Source of the DNA: Octopus sinensis
Taxonomy: Eukaryota
Reading direction: 5' to 3'
Length of the DNA: 64,000 nt
NCBI RefSeq assembly: GCF_006345805.1
Contig: NC_043003.1
Coordinates: forward strand, 105,090,001 to 105,154,000
In this document: one piece after another, positions 50,330 to 63,550 of the stretch
Position numbering within the stretch: position 1 is the first letter of the stretch
Layout: each line of letters opens with the position of its first letter
Notes under the pieces: generated by a model
Databases searched by the model: none
What the model was told of the DNA's origin: nothing
What the model saw: only the letters and a program-made list of their open reading frames with translations
Position numbers and translations under genes: made by a program

Positions 50330-51100
50330 AGTGTTTGTGGGAAAAGCATGAGTGGGGAAGGAATTCTAGAAGTTCTGTAACCTTGGAGAGTGAAAATCTG
50401 GATAAAGTGCTCTTGACATGTTGGAAAAGTGAGATGATTGGGTAGGTGACAGTGGGAGCAGGAGAGACAAGTAAGTATGCCTTGACAGAGTGATTATGCA
50501 GTCAGTTTGTTCTGAAGTACAGGTATTATTTTAGGAGCAGCAGTAGTAGTGGCAAGGAAAAGAAATCACACAACTGTGAGCCAGTGTTTGTAGTATGTTG
50601 AAGAGTGAATGATCTGTTGCCAATCAGTAGACTCTTACCGTCCCATACTTGAGTAGAACTCTAATGTGCATCTTGAAACTTGTAGATTAATAATTAGAAA
50701 GATATCTTGCCATGAAGCTCCAATGCTATCGTAATTATTTCCAGAAATGAATTATAATTATGGTAACTAATATAGTTGCAGTGTTCACATATACCAGTTC
50801 AAATATGCTTGAGGCACTGGGTTTAAACTAGGGAACAAGCCATTCACTGTGTTTTGTATGGAGAAAATTTCTCACTGTAAACAAATGGTGTGGATACACC
50901 TAGATCAGTTCACAGCGCCACCTGCCTAGACTGTGAGATGCCAGCATTTTGGAGTAGTTGTCTCCTCTTCAGTCGCAGACACCAAGCAGGTGATGCTGCA
51001 AACTACGATGACTGATAGTGCTATGTGGCGGCTCACCATAAATAAATTACAGAATGGGAACATTAAGAAGTGACATGTTTAAATGCAATGTTGTTCCCTG
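50330..51100 (-). pseudogene. Possible CR1/L2/Jockey-like LINE RT 3' relic
   Basis: Minus fragments LIGNRSFT and a broken downstream region loosely resemble LINE RT C-termini; many stops. Confidence 0.35.
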
Positions 51101-52464
51101 GTCCGAACATGCCTCAGGCATTTTTGAACCGGTAATAACATTGCATTTATAAGTATCACTGCTTAGCATTCCCACTCCATAAAGTAATGTAGTTGGGAAA
51201 TGGCTGAGTGGATAGGGTTCTGCACTATCTACTGGTAGTTCACAAGTTCAAACTCTATTTGATATTTAGTTTATCATGGCTGTGCTTAAGAACCATGTAG
51301 TTTTAGGATTAATGTCACAACATGGCACCTTGGGATAGTGTCTTTTGCTATAGCCCCGGGATGATCAATGCCTTGTGAGTGAATTTGGTAGCTGAAAACT
51401 ATTAGGAAGCCCATCACACACACACACTCTGTGTGTGTGCATGTGCGTGTGTGTGTGCCTGTGTTTGTCCCCACCCAACATACCTGCTTGATAACTCGTA
51501 TTGACTTGTTTACGTCCCTGAAACTTAACAATTTGCAAAGATGGCCAATTGAGTGGGTATCAGATTTTAAAAAATGAGTACTAGGTTCGACCTGACTAAA
51601 ACCCTTCAAGGTGGTGCTCCAGCATGGCCACAGTCCTATGACTGAAACAGAAGGTAAAAGGTATATTAAGTATTGAATTAAAGAAATTACATTTACTTTA
51701 TCATTTCAAGCAGCTGGTATAAAGATATATACTTTTGATGTTTTTTTTTATCAATATTGATTTCTACAAGAAATGTTTTGGTAAAAATGCAAATGGAAAT
51801 ATGTGTCTACTGAAGAACAATTGGCAATGGGTAATGAGTTATGAATAATCAATTAAAAGGTTACATTTTAGTAAACTCTCAGTCGAACCATCCAACCCAT
51901 GCCAGCATGGAAAACGAACATTAAACGCTGATGATCATCATCATCATCAGAAAGTGAAAAAACAGTACAAGATATTACAATGGATGCTTTTATTGTAAAA
52001 GTAATTATTCAGTGATTCTGGTAGGAAGAAAATATATCTGGAAGTATTACATAATTGACAGGAGTTCAATACCTTTGATTTATAACTTCAAATAGCAACA
52101 TAAAATCAATAGAGATCAAACATCCATGCTTCTGTTGAAACTTTAGATTTTCACATTGCTAGAAATTCTATGAGCAGAAAATAATTCTAACAAAAGCAGA
52201 GTTTTATCATGTAAAGTCTGTGATGAGTATCAAAAATCTAATTAGAAATAATTATATAGTGAAGAGAAGGCAACAGTAGCTCAGTGACTAATGTTATTTT
52301 AATAATCTTGCTAAGTGTTGGAGACAAGTCAGAATATATTTCAGTCACAGACCTCCTTAGCTAAGCATAGATTTCACTGTAATGATAAGAAAATCACAAA
52401 GTTGATGTAGACAAAAAAAGTGTATTTAAAAAATTACCTTATTTACTCATATTGAAAGCACTGG

Positions 52465-52862
52465 TGCTGGTGCCACATAAAAACACCCAGTACACTCTAA
52501 AATGGTTGCCGTTAGGAAGAGTATCCAGCTGTAGAAACCGTATCAAGACAGGCAATGGAAGCTGGTATGGCTCTTGGCCTTGCCAGCTCTTGTCAAACAG
52601 ACATTAAATGAAAACAGTGATGACGATGCATAAGTCACACCTCTAATTTTACATTCATGATCGATGCCGGGCCTGCCTGATTGGCACCCATGCCTGTCAC
52701 ACGTAAAAAGCACTCATTACACTCTCAGAGTGGTTGGCATTAGGAAGAGCATCCAGCTGTAGAAACATTGCCAGATCAGATAGAAGCCTGCTGCAGCTGC
52801 TGGCTCTCCAGACCTTAGTCAAACCCATGCCAGCATGGAAAACGGACCTTCAATGATGATGA
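52465..52862 (+). mobile_element. Two copies of a retroposon 3' tail ending in (GAT)n (RTE-type tail); a shorter piece near 51890 and a reverse copy near 59970
   Basis: GTTAGGAAGAG.ATCCAGCTGTAGAAAC...CCCATGCCAGCATGGAAAACGGAC...GATGATGAT. Confidence 0.6.
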
Positions 52863-53387
52863 TTTTGATACAAAATATTTTTCCATTCATAGTTCAAGCT
52901 TTTCCTTGTATATTAATCCCCACCTAACCTTTTTTTTCTTCTCTTCAGTTAAAATCAAGTAGTGCCACATATGCATGAACAAATAGACTGCATTAACACC
53001 ATCCAAGGACCAAATAATGGTGTTAAACAGAGCTATGAATTAAGTGTGCAAGAAATTTAAGCTACAAACTCTTTATTCATTCAAGATCTCATATCCACTC
53101 AAGGTTGTTTGATGTAACTTGTACAAGAAGTTCTGAGAAACCTTTACCAACATAAGACTAACATTCTACTATACTAGATGTTTGCTTCTCATTCTGTTTA
53201 TGAAATATAAATAAGAGTTAAATGCCTACAGGACCAATGTGGTCGGTAGAGGAAATATCTTTAAATGTTGCATATAATTTCTGTTAAATTTCTAACATAA
53301 TTTGATGTAAAACAACTATATTGTATAAAACAAGGTTCATATTTACCTATTATTACAGATTTTATTATTAATATTATTTGTCGTGAA

Positions 53388-53605
53388 AGGTGGTGAGCTG
53401 GCAGAAACGTTAGCATGCTGAGCAAAATGCTTAGCAGTATTTCCTCAGTCTTTGTATTCTGAGTTCAAATTCCACCGAGGTCGACTTTGCTTTTCATCCT
53501 TTCAGGGTCAATAAATTAAGCCCCAGTTGCATACTGGGGTCAATCTAATTGAGTGGCCCCTTCCCCCAAAATTTCATGCCTTGTGCTTAGAGTAGAAAAG
53601 AATAT
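53388..53605 (+). mobile_element. SINE family B, full length with alternative 3' tail
   Basis: GGTGGTGAGCTGGCAGAAACGTTAGCA...GGCCCCTTCCCCCAAAATTTCATGCCTTGTGCTTAGAGTAGAAAAG. Confidence 0.85.
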
Positions 53606-53838
53606 TATTTGTGGTGAAAGCCTTACAAATATTGGGAGTCTTCATAATAAAAAGATAGTATTTGTACGTTCTTGAGTCAGCTAAAGATTATCCCTATAAG
53701 TTACTTGTACCTTTAATTGATATATCTATAACATTTCTACAATATATATATCCATGATTTTTTTTCTTCTGTATTCATTATGACATCTAAGTCTCATATT
53801 GAAACATTAGGTAATAATTAATTAATAATATAACTATA

Positions 53839-54220
53839 TAGGCGCAGGAGTGGCTGTGTGGTAAGTAGCTTGCTAACCAACCACATGGTTCCAGGTTCAG
53901 TGCCACTGAGTGGCATCTTGGGCAAGTGTCTTCTGCTATAGCCCCGGGCCGACCAATGAAAGAAGCCTGTCGTATATATGTATATATATATATAAGTGTG
54001 TGTATATGTTTGTGTGTCTGTGTTTGTCCCCCTAGCATTGCTTGACAACCGATGCTGGTGTGTTTACGTCCCCGTTACTTGGCGGTTCGGCAAAAAAGAG
54101 ACCGATAGAATAAGTACTGGGCTTACAAAGAATAAGTCCTGGGGTCGATTTGCTCGACTAAAGGCGGTGCTCCAGCATGGCTGCAGTCAAATGACTGAAA
54201 CAAGTAAAAGAGTAAAAGAG
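53839..54220 (+). mobile_element. SINE family A, young, with internal deletion
   Basis: Near-identical to 21293-21692 but lacks the segment between GACCAATG and AAAGAAGCC. Confidence 0.92.
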
Positions 54221-54821
54221 AGTATAGAGTTACAGGAGTCACTAATTTTTAGGTTATAGTTCTGAGAATGAAATCCAATCGTAAACAGGTTGCTTTGCAC
54301 CCATTTAGAACTAATTAAATAAATAGCAGAAATATACTGTAACAGTTGTCAGACACTAGACATGTCTGATGTTGTCTTAATTACAGTTGAGAGGGAAGAC
54401 TCTCTACTCTCAACTAAATACTACTAAACTGATGCTGGTGTTCTGTAAAGTAACGTATCATTTCTTTCATATATTGTTTGACACCACAGCCAACCTTTCA
54501 ATGAGAATTATGATAGAGAAACTGCAAGCTTTTTACAAAGATATACTATTTTTCTGTCATAATTCTCGTTTGCAGTTTTGACAAGGGTATTATTTTTCTC
54601 TATTAGCATCGGTGAATAAATAGCATGGTTGATTACAGGTTTTCAATGGGTTAATTACAGGTTTACTGTATTTCTGATTGAAAGAGTTACAAGTCTGATA
54701 ACTCTGTGCAGAACAACTATCACCAAGGATATCATTAAAAAAAAACACAGTAGTTTTTCAATTTCCTTACCAATGTTTACACTGAGAGTAGATTTGGTAC
54801 ATGGAAGCTGAAAGAAGCCTG

Positions 54822-54864
<43 letters not shown>

Positions 54865-54867
<3 letters not shown>

Positions 54868-54935
54868 GGAGAATTCCCGACAAAAAACAAAAGACGAAGA
54901 CAGGTTGTGTAGACAACAAACAGATACGTTTATTT
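54865..54935 (-). mobile_element. Truncated copy of the 2771-2950 Penelope-like terminus, again directly after (AT)n
   Basis: GGGAGAATT..ACAAAAAACAAAA.ACGAAGACAGGT..GTAGACAACAAACAGAT. Confidence 0.6.
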
Positions 54936-55429
54936 GTTTCAGTCATTAGACTGTGGCCATTCTGGGACACCACCTTGAACTGCTAAGTTACAGGGATGTA
55001 AACACACCAACAACGGTTGTCAAACAGTGGTGGGAGACAAACACAGACACAAAGATGCACACACATAGACATATATACATACAACAGGCTTCTTTCAGTT
55101 TCTGTCTACCAAATCCATTCATATATATATATATATTATTTTATTATGGCCGGGTTCCAACTCAGGCCACAGCAGCAAATCCCACCTCCCACACTTCTCC
55201 ATCCAACATCACTATGTAAAGGTCCTGAGTACATTCAAGGCCAGTGTCCGCAATCAAGTTGTCAATGTAAGTGTGACAATGTTTTCCTCTTCTTACATCA
55301 CCATGAAGTGGGCTCCATGACACACACACATGCACACACACACGCACACACTTACACACACATGCACATATATATGTATACACACACACACGTGTGTCTG
55401 TGTGACAGGCTTCTGCACAGTTTCTTATT

Positions 55430-55835
55430 TCTTTATTGTCTACAAGGGGCTAAACATAAAGGGGGACAAACAAGACAGACAAAGGGATTAAGTCGATTAC
55501 ATCAACCCCAGTGCATAACTGGTACTTAATTTATCGACCCCGAAAGGATGAAAAGCAAAGTCGACCTCGGTGGAATTTGAACTTAAAACAATGGCAGACG
55601 AAATACCTATTTCTTTACTACCCACAAGGGGCTAAACACAGAGAGGACAAACAAGAACAGACAAAGGGATTAAGTCGATTACATCGACCTCAGTGCGTAA
55701 CTGGTACTTAATTTATTGACCCCAAAAGGATGAAAGGCAAAGTCGACCTCGGCGGAATTTGAACTCAGAACGTAACGGCAGATGAAATACCGATAAGCAT
55801 TTCGCCGCCATGCTAATATTTCTGCCAGCTTGCCT
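55430..55835 (-). mobile_element. SINE family B, tandem dimer
   Basis: Same junction GCAGACGAAATACCTATTTCTTTAC as at about 35850 and, in reverse, 6485. Confidence 0.88.
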
Positions 55836-56459
55836 ACTAAAGTCTCTTCACAATACATTGGTGAAGCCAAGATTCTGTCTAGAAGATATTATCCCAAGTT
55901 GCTATGCAATAGGAAATCTCTAGCAACACCTCCCATGTTTCCAGTGTTTTTAACTTTCTTTCTATGACCTAAAAGTTAATAGCAGAGAGAGGTGGGGATC
56001 GAGAGAGTGAAAGAGCGATAGAGAGATGAGCATACAGACAACAGAGACAGAGAGTTGTTCTAATCTGAGACATTATAAATCTTAGTCAATTTTTATAGAA
56101 ACTTAGCTATGTCCGTCCCTAAATTTCTTACTCCAACAGACTTTCTTACAAAATCCCTTCATGCAGTGACAATCTGAGGGTATCAGTGATGTATCGGTAA
56201 TGGTAGCTTCTTTCAGGTGTTCTTGTAATATAAACCTTGTGCATATTAATTAATAACGAATTAGTTGAATTATCTGCCAGTTTAATTAGATAAATAACTT
56301 TAACAAGGAACTACAGCTCAGATCACTTTCTCGTTATAAAAATAACATTATATAATTAAGAGACTGTCTTAAATATGTCATTTGATGATGGATATCAATA
56401 GATGTAAACATTGCTTGGAAAATCAAGGAATTGGTGCATTCAAACAGAAGTCTTAATGT

Positions 56460-56830
56460 GGTGCAGGCATGGTTAAGGAGCTCTCTTTGTAGCCGTGTGG
56501 TTTCAGGTTCTGTCCCACTGTGCAGTACCTTGGATATGCGTCTTCTACTATAACCCTAGGTCAACCAATGCCTTGTGAATTAATTTGGTAGATGGAGACT
56601 GTGTGGAAGCCTATTGTGTTTGTGTGTGCGCGCATGTGTCTGTATCTGTTTGTCCCCCTCTACCACCACTTGATAAGTGGTGTTGGTTTGTTTACATCCC
56701 TTTACCTTAGCAGTTGAGCAAAAGAACACATTTAAGGAGGATAAGTGAGGTTCATTCATTGAGCTAAACCTTTGAAAGTAGTACCCCAGCATGGCCACAG
56801 TCTAATGACTGAAGCAAATAAAAGAAGATA
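56460..56830 (+). mobile_element. SINE family A, old CpG-decayed copy
   Basis: Recognisable head, CORE-like segment and CCAGCATGGCCACAGTCTAATGACTGAA tail. Confidence 0.75.
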
Positions 56831-57964
56831 GAAGAAAATGGTATTTGTTCTATCCAAGATGCACGAGCATTCTTTGCCATTCTGGCCATTTACAATGTAG
56901 GGAACTAGGTAAAGACTGAACTACTTGAAACCTTCAACTAATGATGTTTATTATTGGACACAGAATTTAAAATAAGACCAACCTCTAAAGTACTTTGGGG
57001 GAAAGGATGGCAACTTTTTGAAATGACCCAGACAAAGATAAATAACTTTTATAATCACTATGATTGGTTGTAAAAACCCTCACCCCCACCTCTCTCTCTC
57101 ATTTTTCTCTTAGGTGTGTATCTAATTTTAATACTTATTTTCAACCACATCAATAATATAATTCTTTAATCTATTAATTCTCTTTTAATTACTTAAATCA
57201 GTGATTCTCTTGTGATATGCCATGTGATGTTGCTAGAGCTTAAATCATTTATATTTCTAGAGTAAAATATAAGCTTTTTTTGTGTGCATTTTTCGACTTT
57301 ATATATAAAGCATGTTACAAAATATCTTATTGTACTGTGAATTAAAACATTCGGTAACCACTGACTTGGTCATTGTTATAACATTAAGGCAGATTAACTT
57401 ACTAAGATATGAATAGTTTTCAAAACCCTGTTTCCTAAAGGCATGTCATATCACCTTATTGTAAGAAGCAGTTCTCAAATTCATCCCTAAAAGACTGAAT
57501 ATGACATTGATTGTGTGTATGGTGTTCACTGTGTAAGCTTGGTCTCATTGTACATACAATAAACATTCCCATTTTTATACCTCATCATCCCAGCTAACCA
57601 GGAAATATAGAGAATGTCAGGGATAAATGTGTTGGATAAAGATAAAATTAGTTGAAGTGGAGTCTAAATAAAAAATATATTTGAAAATCCTTTTGTTTAA
57701 CTGTAAGACTTATTGTTAATTCTTAACAGTAATAACAATAGCAGATGTTATAATTCTGAATAATATCAACAACAATAATAATTGTTCCTAATTGAGGTAC
57801 AAGGCCAGGCATTTTGAGAGGGAGGGATTTAGTTGATTACATCATCCTCCAAGGTCAAGTGGTTGAAAGGCAAAGTAAACCTCAGCGGAATTTGAACTCA
57901 GAGTGTGAAGGGCCAGAAGAAATGCCACTAAGCATTTTGTCAGATGCACAAAAGAATCAACCAG

Positions 57965-58003
57965 CTTAATAAAAATAATAATAATAACAATAATAATGAC
58001 AAT

Positions 58004-58035
<32 letters not shown>

Positions 58036-58057
58036 TAATAATAACAATAATAATGAC

Positions 58058-58110
<53 letters not shown>

Positions 58111-58131
58111 TAATGACAATAATGATAATAT

Positions 58132-58187
<56 letters not shown>

Positions 58188-58200
58188 CAACAACAACAAC
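57965..58200. repeat. (AAT)n/(AAC)n trinucleotide array
   Basis: Direct reading. Confidence 0.95.
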
Positions 58201-58669
58201 AATCCGTTCTACTATAGGCACAAAGCCTGAAATTTTGGGGGAGGGGGCTAATCGATTACATCGACCCCAGTGCATAACTGGTACTAAATTTATTGACCCC
58301 AAAAGGATGAAAGATAAAGTTAACCTCAGTGGGATTTGAACTCAGAACATAGTGACAGGTGAAATACTGCTAAGCATTTTGTCCAGCATGCTAATTATTC
58401 TGCCAATAATAATTCCTATCATAATAATCACATTAGGTATGATAAAAAATTTTCAAATACATAACAAAAACACCAAGACTAACAAGTATATATAACATAC
58501 AGAAAATAGCACTACTGGGCACCATACACATTGTACAAAAAACACTTTTAATACAGTAAAAATAAGAGCATCACAACAAACCACAGCACATACCCAAGGC
58601 ACACAGAGCTATGCTCAGTAATGAAGTGAAAGCACATGGTATAAATAAGACTGCTGAATAATAATAATG

Positions 58670-59540
58670 GTTTCCAATTTTGGCTCAAGGCTAGAAATTT
58701 TGAGTGGGAGGGGGTAAGTCAATTACATTGACCCCCAGTGTTCAACTGGTACTTATTTTGGTAAATTTTTATATTAACACCTGCACGATTTTCACTAAGA
58801 AAAAAATTTCGGATTTTTTGCATGGAATCAACCTCCTAATATGCTGCAAATCCCTTATTTTGGTTTGGAAAAAAGGTGGGGCAAGGGGGGATATATTTAA
58901 TAACAAACCATGTAATTCACACTCTGGAAAATTTATTTCTGTAAAATGTTTTTTTTTTATTAAACACACAAGATATAGTCTATAAATTTAGGATTTATAT
59001 ACTTTCTCATACAACAATTAAGATATATTTATTTAAAATCGTTCATCTTTCTCCCACACGCATGAAAGTTAGTTTGGGCGTGATTTTTATTTTTATTTTT
59101 TTTCCTTAGTGAAAATCGTGAAAAGATCAATGGGGGAGGGGGAACTTCCGAGGCTTCCACCTCATCCCCATTTTCCGGACCTCAAAAAGGGTTTCGTAGC
59201 ATATTAGGAGGTCACAGGAATTCCATTCAATGAAAAAAAATAATATTTCCAATGATTCTGAGATGGGGGGGGGGTCCCCTTCGCCCTGCTCCCCGCTCTT
59301 CTGAAACAAAATAAGAGATTTGCAGCATATTAGGAGGTCAGGGTACTTGATTCCATGAAAAAAAATCCAAGTTTTTTTTTTTCTTAGTGAAAATCGTGCA
59401 GTTGTTTATATAAAAATTTACCCTTATTTTATTAACCCTGAAAGGATGAAAGGCAAAGTTGAGCTTGGCAGTATTTGAACTCAGAATGTAAGGGCAGATG
59501 AAATGCTGCTAAGTATTTTGCCCACCATGTTAATGATTCT
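58670..59540 (-). mobile_element. SINE family B split by a DNA-transposon insertion; a further B copy lies at 58205-58410
   Basis: CAACTGGTACTTATTTT (58743-58759) resumes as CTTATTTTATTAACCCTGAAAGG (59423 onward). Confidence 0.85.
58760..59422. mobile_element. 663-bp MITE with about 110-bp TIRs starting GGTAAA and 8-bp TSD CTTATTTT (Merlin-like)
   Basis: TSD at 58752-58759 and 59423-59430; TIRs GGTAAATTTTTATATTAACACCTGCACGATTTTCACTAAG / CTTAGTGAAAATCGTGCAGTTGTTTATATAAAAATTTACC. Confidence 0.82.
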
Positions 59541-60969
59541 GCCAACTTGCTGCTTTCACTGCCTTATTAATAATAATGATGATGAGGATGATGATGATGA
59601 TGGTGATGGTGGTGGTGGTGGTGTATTATTTTTTGACTACAGAAGGACAAGAGGTAAACCTGACCTTGGTGAGATTTGAACACAAGGATAAAGAACCCTA
59701 ACAAATAACACCAATGGTTCTACCAAATAATAATAATTACTTGTATTGGCAAAGGTAAGCCAATTAAAACAGAAAGGAAACATGATTGTCATGTCTTTTT
59801 TGTGTATCTAGGACTATATTGTCTAATGTGTGCTCCCTGTCTTAAGGTGATAGACTGTGATTTGAAAGAATTCATTTGTTTTTACTAGGAGGTTGAGCAA
59901 ACTGCCCTGTAACTTCTTCATTACATCATCATTATCAAAATTCTGGACATTACTGTCTTGAGTCCTTCATCATCATCATCGTTTAACATCCGTTTTCCAT
60001 GCTGGCATGAGTTGGACTCATGAAACCAGTTACCTACTTTCCATACTGTTTAAGTGACGAAGGTCACAAAATTCTCCCTAAACAAGATGCTAGTCTGTCG
60101 TAGAGTTACTCGTTTGCAACTGAGTGAACAGGAACAGTGTGAAATGAAGTGTTTTGCTCAAAAATACAACACACTGCCCAGTGCAGGAATCGAAACCACA
60201 GTCTTGCTGTCATGAGTGCAACACCCTAAGCACTAGGCTGCATGTCTTCACCTCATTACATTGGTGAATTATTTCACTAAATCTATTCAAGTAGCTGGAA
60301 TGGAACTATGAAGGATTGAGTCCAATATAGTGCAACTAACATACAATCATCACCAATAATATAAACTTATTCATTTAGTGTCACACAGCACCATATGGAA
60401 GTGAATCTAGAAATAGATTACACCTGGCAACAAAATCCTGAATAGACATGCTTTCAAACAGCTATTTTGAATGAATGTAGGGACCAAAATAACCCTCCCC
60501 CCTTTTTTTTTCTTAACTTATCAAAGAATGATTGTAATATATATCTTTATTTTCATGTAGTTGCATAACAGTGCATATTTTGTATAAAATATTTTTTTGA
60601 CTAGATTAGCATTTTTTTTTTTTTGTGGTGGGGGTCACAAAATTGAAATAGATATTAAGGGAATTCCTGTGTTTATATTTATAATGTGTGTTTTATTTTC
60701 ATCAAGTTGCAGCTGATGTTAAATTGAATGTTTCCTTTTTGATTTAGAACTTTTATATCTGTTTTGAAGACACATGTCTCATCTTTGAAGGTCTTGAAAT
60801 TTGGTTATTTCTTTCAAAGTTACGGGCTGTTATTTTCCTCTGTTGTGATTTAATCCATTTTTCAAAATCTACATCAGTTTGTTATCTTATGGTTTTGAAT
60901 ATAGTTGAATATTTGTGTTCTTGAAGCAAGTTCAAGTTGTATATTTTTTTTTAAGGAAATACCAGCAGA

Positions 60970-61400
60970 CACAGGTATGGCTGTGTGGTTAAGAAGCTCA
61001 CTTTGCAGCCACATAGTTTCAGGTTCAGTCTCACTGCATGGCACCTTGAACAAGTTTTTTCTATAGCTCTAGGCTGCGCAATCTTTATGAATGAATTTGG
61101 TAGATTGAAACTGTGGAAACCTGTCATATATGTGATCAAAAATAGATACCAAAGAGGCTGATGTTGTTCTCTGTTAGCAAGACTCTTTTTTTCAATTTTA
61201 CTATATGTTTGTGTGTCTCTCTGTGTTTGTCTTTGACAAACCATTTGACAGTGTTGATTTGTTTACATCCTTGTAAGTTAGCAGTTTGGCAGTATCAGAC
61301 TTAAAAAATAAGTACTAGGATTGATTTGTTTAACTAAAACCCATAAAGGCAGTGCCCCAGCATGGCCACAGTCCAATGATTGAACCAAAGAACAAGTTAA
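60970..61400 (+). mobile_element. SINE family A, old copy
   Basis: Head and tail motifs, CpG-decayed. Confidence 0.75.
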
Positions 61401-61594
61401 AATGTATTGCCTGTTGTAGTATGTTTAAGTTTTTGATTCGTTGTTGACGTCCATTTTACTTTTCTAAGTTATTACAATTACTTCAAAAATGTCCATTCTT
61501 ATCTTTCCATGAACTCTCATGTCATCCCAACACCAAGGGGCTTAGGAATCTGGAACTGTTGTTTGTAAGACTAGAAAAAATATTCTTTTCTACT

Positions 61595-63030
61595 CTAGGC
61601 ACAAGGCCTGAAATTTTGGGGAAGGGGGCCAGTCGATTAGGTTGACCCCAATATGCAACTAGTGTTTAATTTTATCGACCCCCGAAAGGATGAAAGGCAA
61701 AGTTGACCTCAGCGGAATTTGAATCCAGAACATAAAGACACAAAATACCGCTGAGCATCTTGCCCAGTGTGCTGACATTTCTGCCAGCTCACCGCCTTAA
61801 GACTAGAAAAAATATTGAAGGACTAAAATAGTGTTAGCACAACCTGCAAAAATTTCTGACTGGAATTGGAATGAGAACACTTGTGCTGTGACTCCTAAGC
61901 AAGACATTGACTTCCCTAATATTAGCAACTGTTAAAAAAAAAAGTAAAAACAATATCTATTTTTAATTATTTAAGTAGTGGGGTCCTTCCTGAGCCCCTG
62001 CTATCTCTCTCACCCTCGCCCCTCCCCATCTCCATACTGATATTTCCCATCAACCACATCTCTACGCTTGTTCATCATTCACTACATTTACCTCTATCTC
62101 CATCTCTAACCATCTGTTACTCTCCCCTCATGCTCTTATCAAACTACCCATCCTCTCATCACCCCCTCATCCACTGACTCTATCCTCTCTTATTCTCACC
62201 TTCTTGTACCTTGAGAGATTGTTCTAGAACATCACTACCATTCTTATCTTCTTTCCAGCTACTGCTACTTACCTTTATATGATGTGGGGTAGCCATGTGT
62301 CTCCTCTATAGCAAGGCACCTATTCTTGTCCCTTCTTCATACTTTAGACTCTCAACACCTGGCATAAAAGCGTTGTAATCTTTTCTGCTCTAGTCACAAG
62401 GCACGAAATTTTGGGGGAAGTGGAGGGGGCAGTTGATTAGATCAACCCCAGTACACAACCCTCAAGGGATGAAAGACAAAGTTGGACGTTAGTAGGGTTT
62501 GAACTCAGAACTTAAAGAAACACAAGAAATGCTGCTAGTCATTTTGTCCAACATGCTAACAATTCTGATACCTCACCACATCTGCATTACAGTATAGTCT
62601 TATTTTAAGCATGATTGGTTTTCATTGTAAAGTGGCAAGCTGGCAGAATTGTTAGCACGCTGGACAAAACACTTAGTGGTATTTCACCCATCGCTACGTT
62701 CTGAGTTCAAATTCCACCAACTTAGCTTTTCATCCTTTCGGGGTCGATAAATTAAGTACCAGTTGCGTACTGGGGTCAATCAAATCAACTGGCTCCCTCC
62801 AAAAAAATTTCGGGTCTTTTGTCTAGAGTAGAAAAGATTACTATACGTCTCAAAGGTAGCAAGCTGGCAGAATTGTTGCTTGTTGCTATGTTCTGAGTTC
62901 AAATTCCGCCAATGTTGACTATGCCTTTCATCCTTTCGGGGTCGATAAATTAAATACCAGTGAAACAGTAGGGTTCATGTAATCGACTAGTGCCCTTTCT
63001 CCGAATTTCAGGCCTTGTGCATTTAGTAGA
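61595..63030. mobile_element. Four SINE family B copies (about 61595-61800 and 62380-62580 minus; 62630-62840 and 62855-63030 plus)
   Basis: TTTCATCCTTTCGGGGTCGATAAATTAA core in both orientations. Confidence 0.78.
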
Positions 63031-63169
63031 ATGGATTGGTTTTCATTGTTTTTAATCTTCATTGAGATTTTCTACTTTAAGGATGTGAAAATAAGTTATT
63101 TCTTTATAATCATTAACCATTTTCACAAAATCATTTCTGTTTTAAAACTAACAGATGGATATTCATCTT

Positions 63170-63364
63170 TGCTTTTACTTTTTAACTTGTTTCAGTCATT
63201 AGACTGTGGCCATGCTGGGGCATTATCTTGAAGAGTTTTTAGTTAAATGAATTAACCCCAGGATTTACTTTTTTTAAGCCTGGTACTTTGGGTCTCTTTT
63301 GCCAAACATAAATACACAAGCACTGGTTATTAAGTGGTGGTGGGAGACAAACACAGATGCAAAG

Positions 63365-63397
<33 letters not shown>

Positions 63398-63550
63398 AAG
63401 AGATTTCTTTCAGTTTCTGTCTACCAAATCCATTCACAAGGCTTTGGTTGGCCCGAGGCTATAGCAGAAGACACTTGTCCAAGGTGCCATGCAGTGGGGC
63501 TGAACCTGAAACTATGTAGTTAGGAAGCAAGCTTCTCACCACACAGTCCC
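63170..63550 (-). mobile_element. SINE family A, old copy
   Basis: Reverse complement match, CpG-decayed. Confidence 0.8.

Noticed and set aside
57940-58339. Poly-Asn/Ile/Leu ORFs
   Set aside because: (AAT)n array flanked by SINE B pieces.
60956-60974. Apparent 19-nt micro-exon AAG|GAAATACCAGCAGACACAG|GTATGG
   Set aside because: The donor is part of a mutated SINE A head, and the length is frame-shifting.
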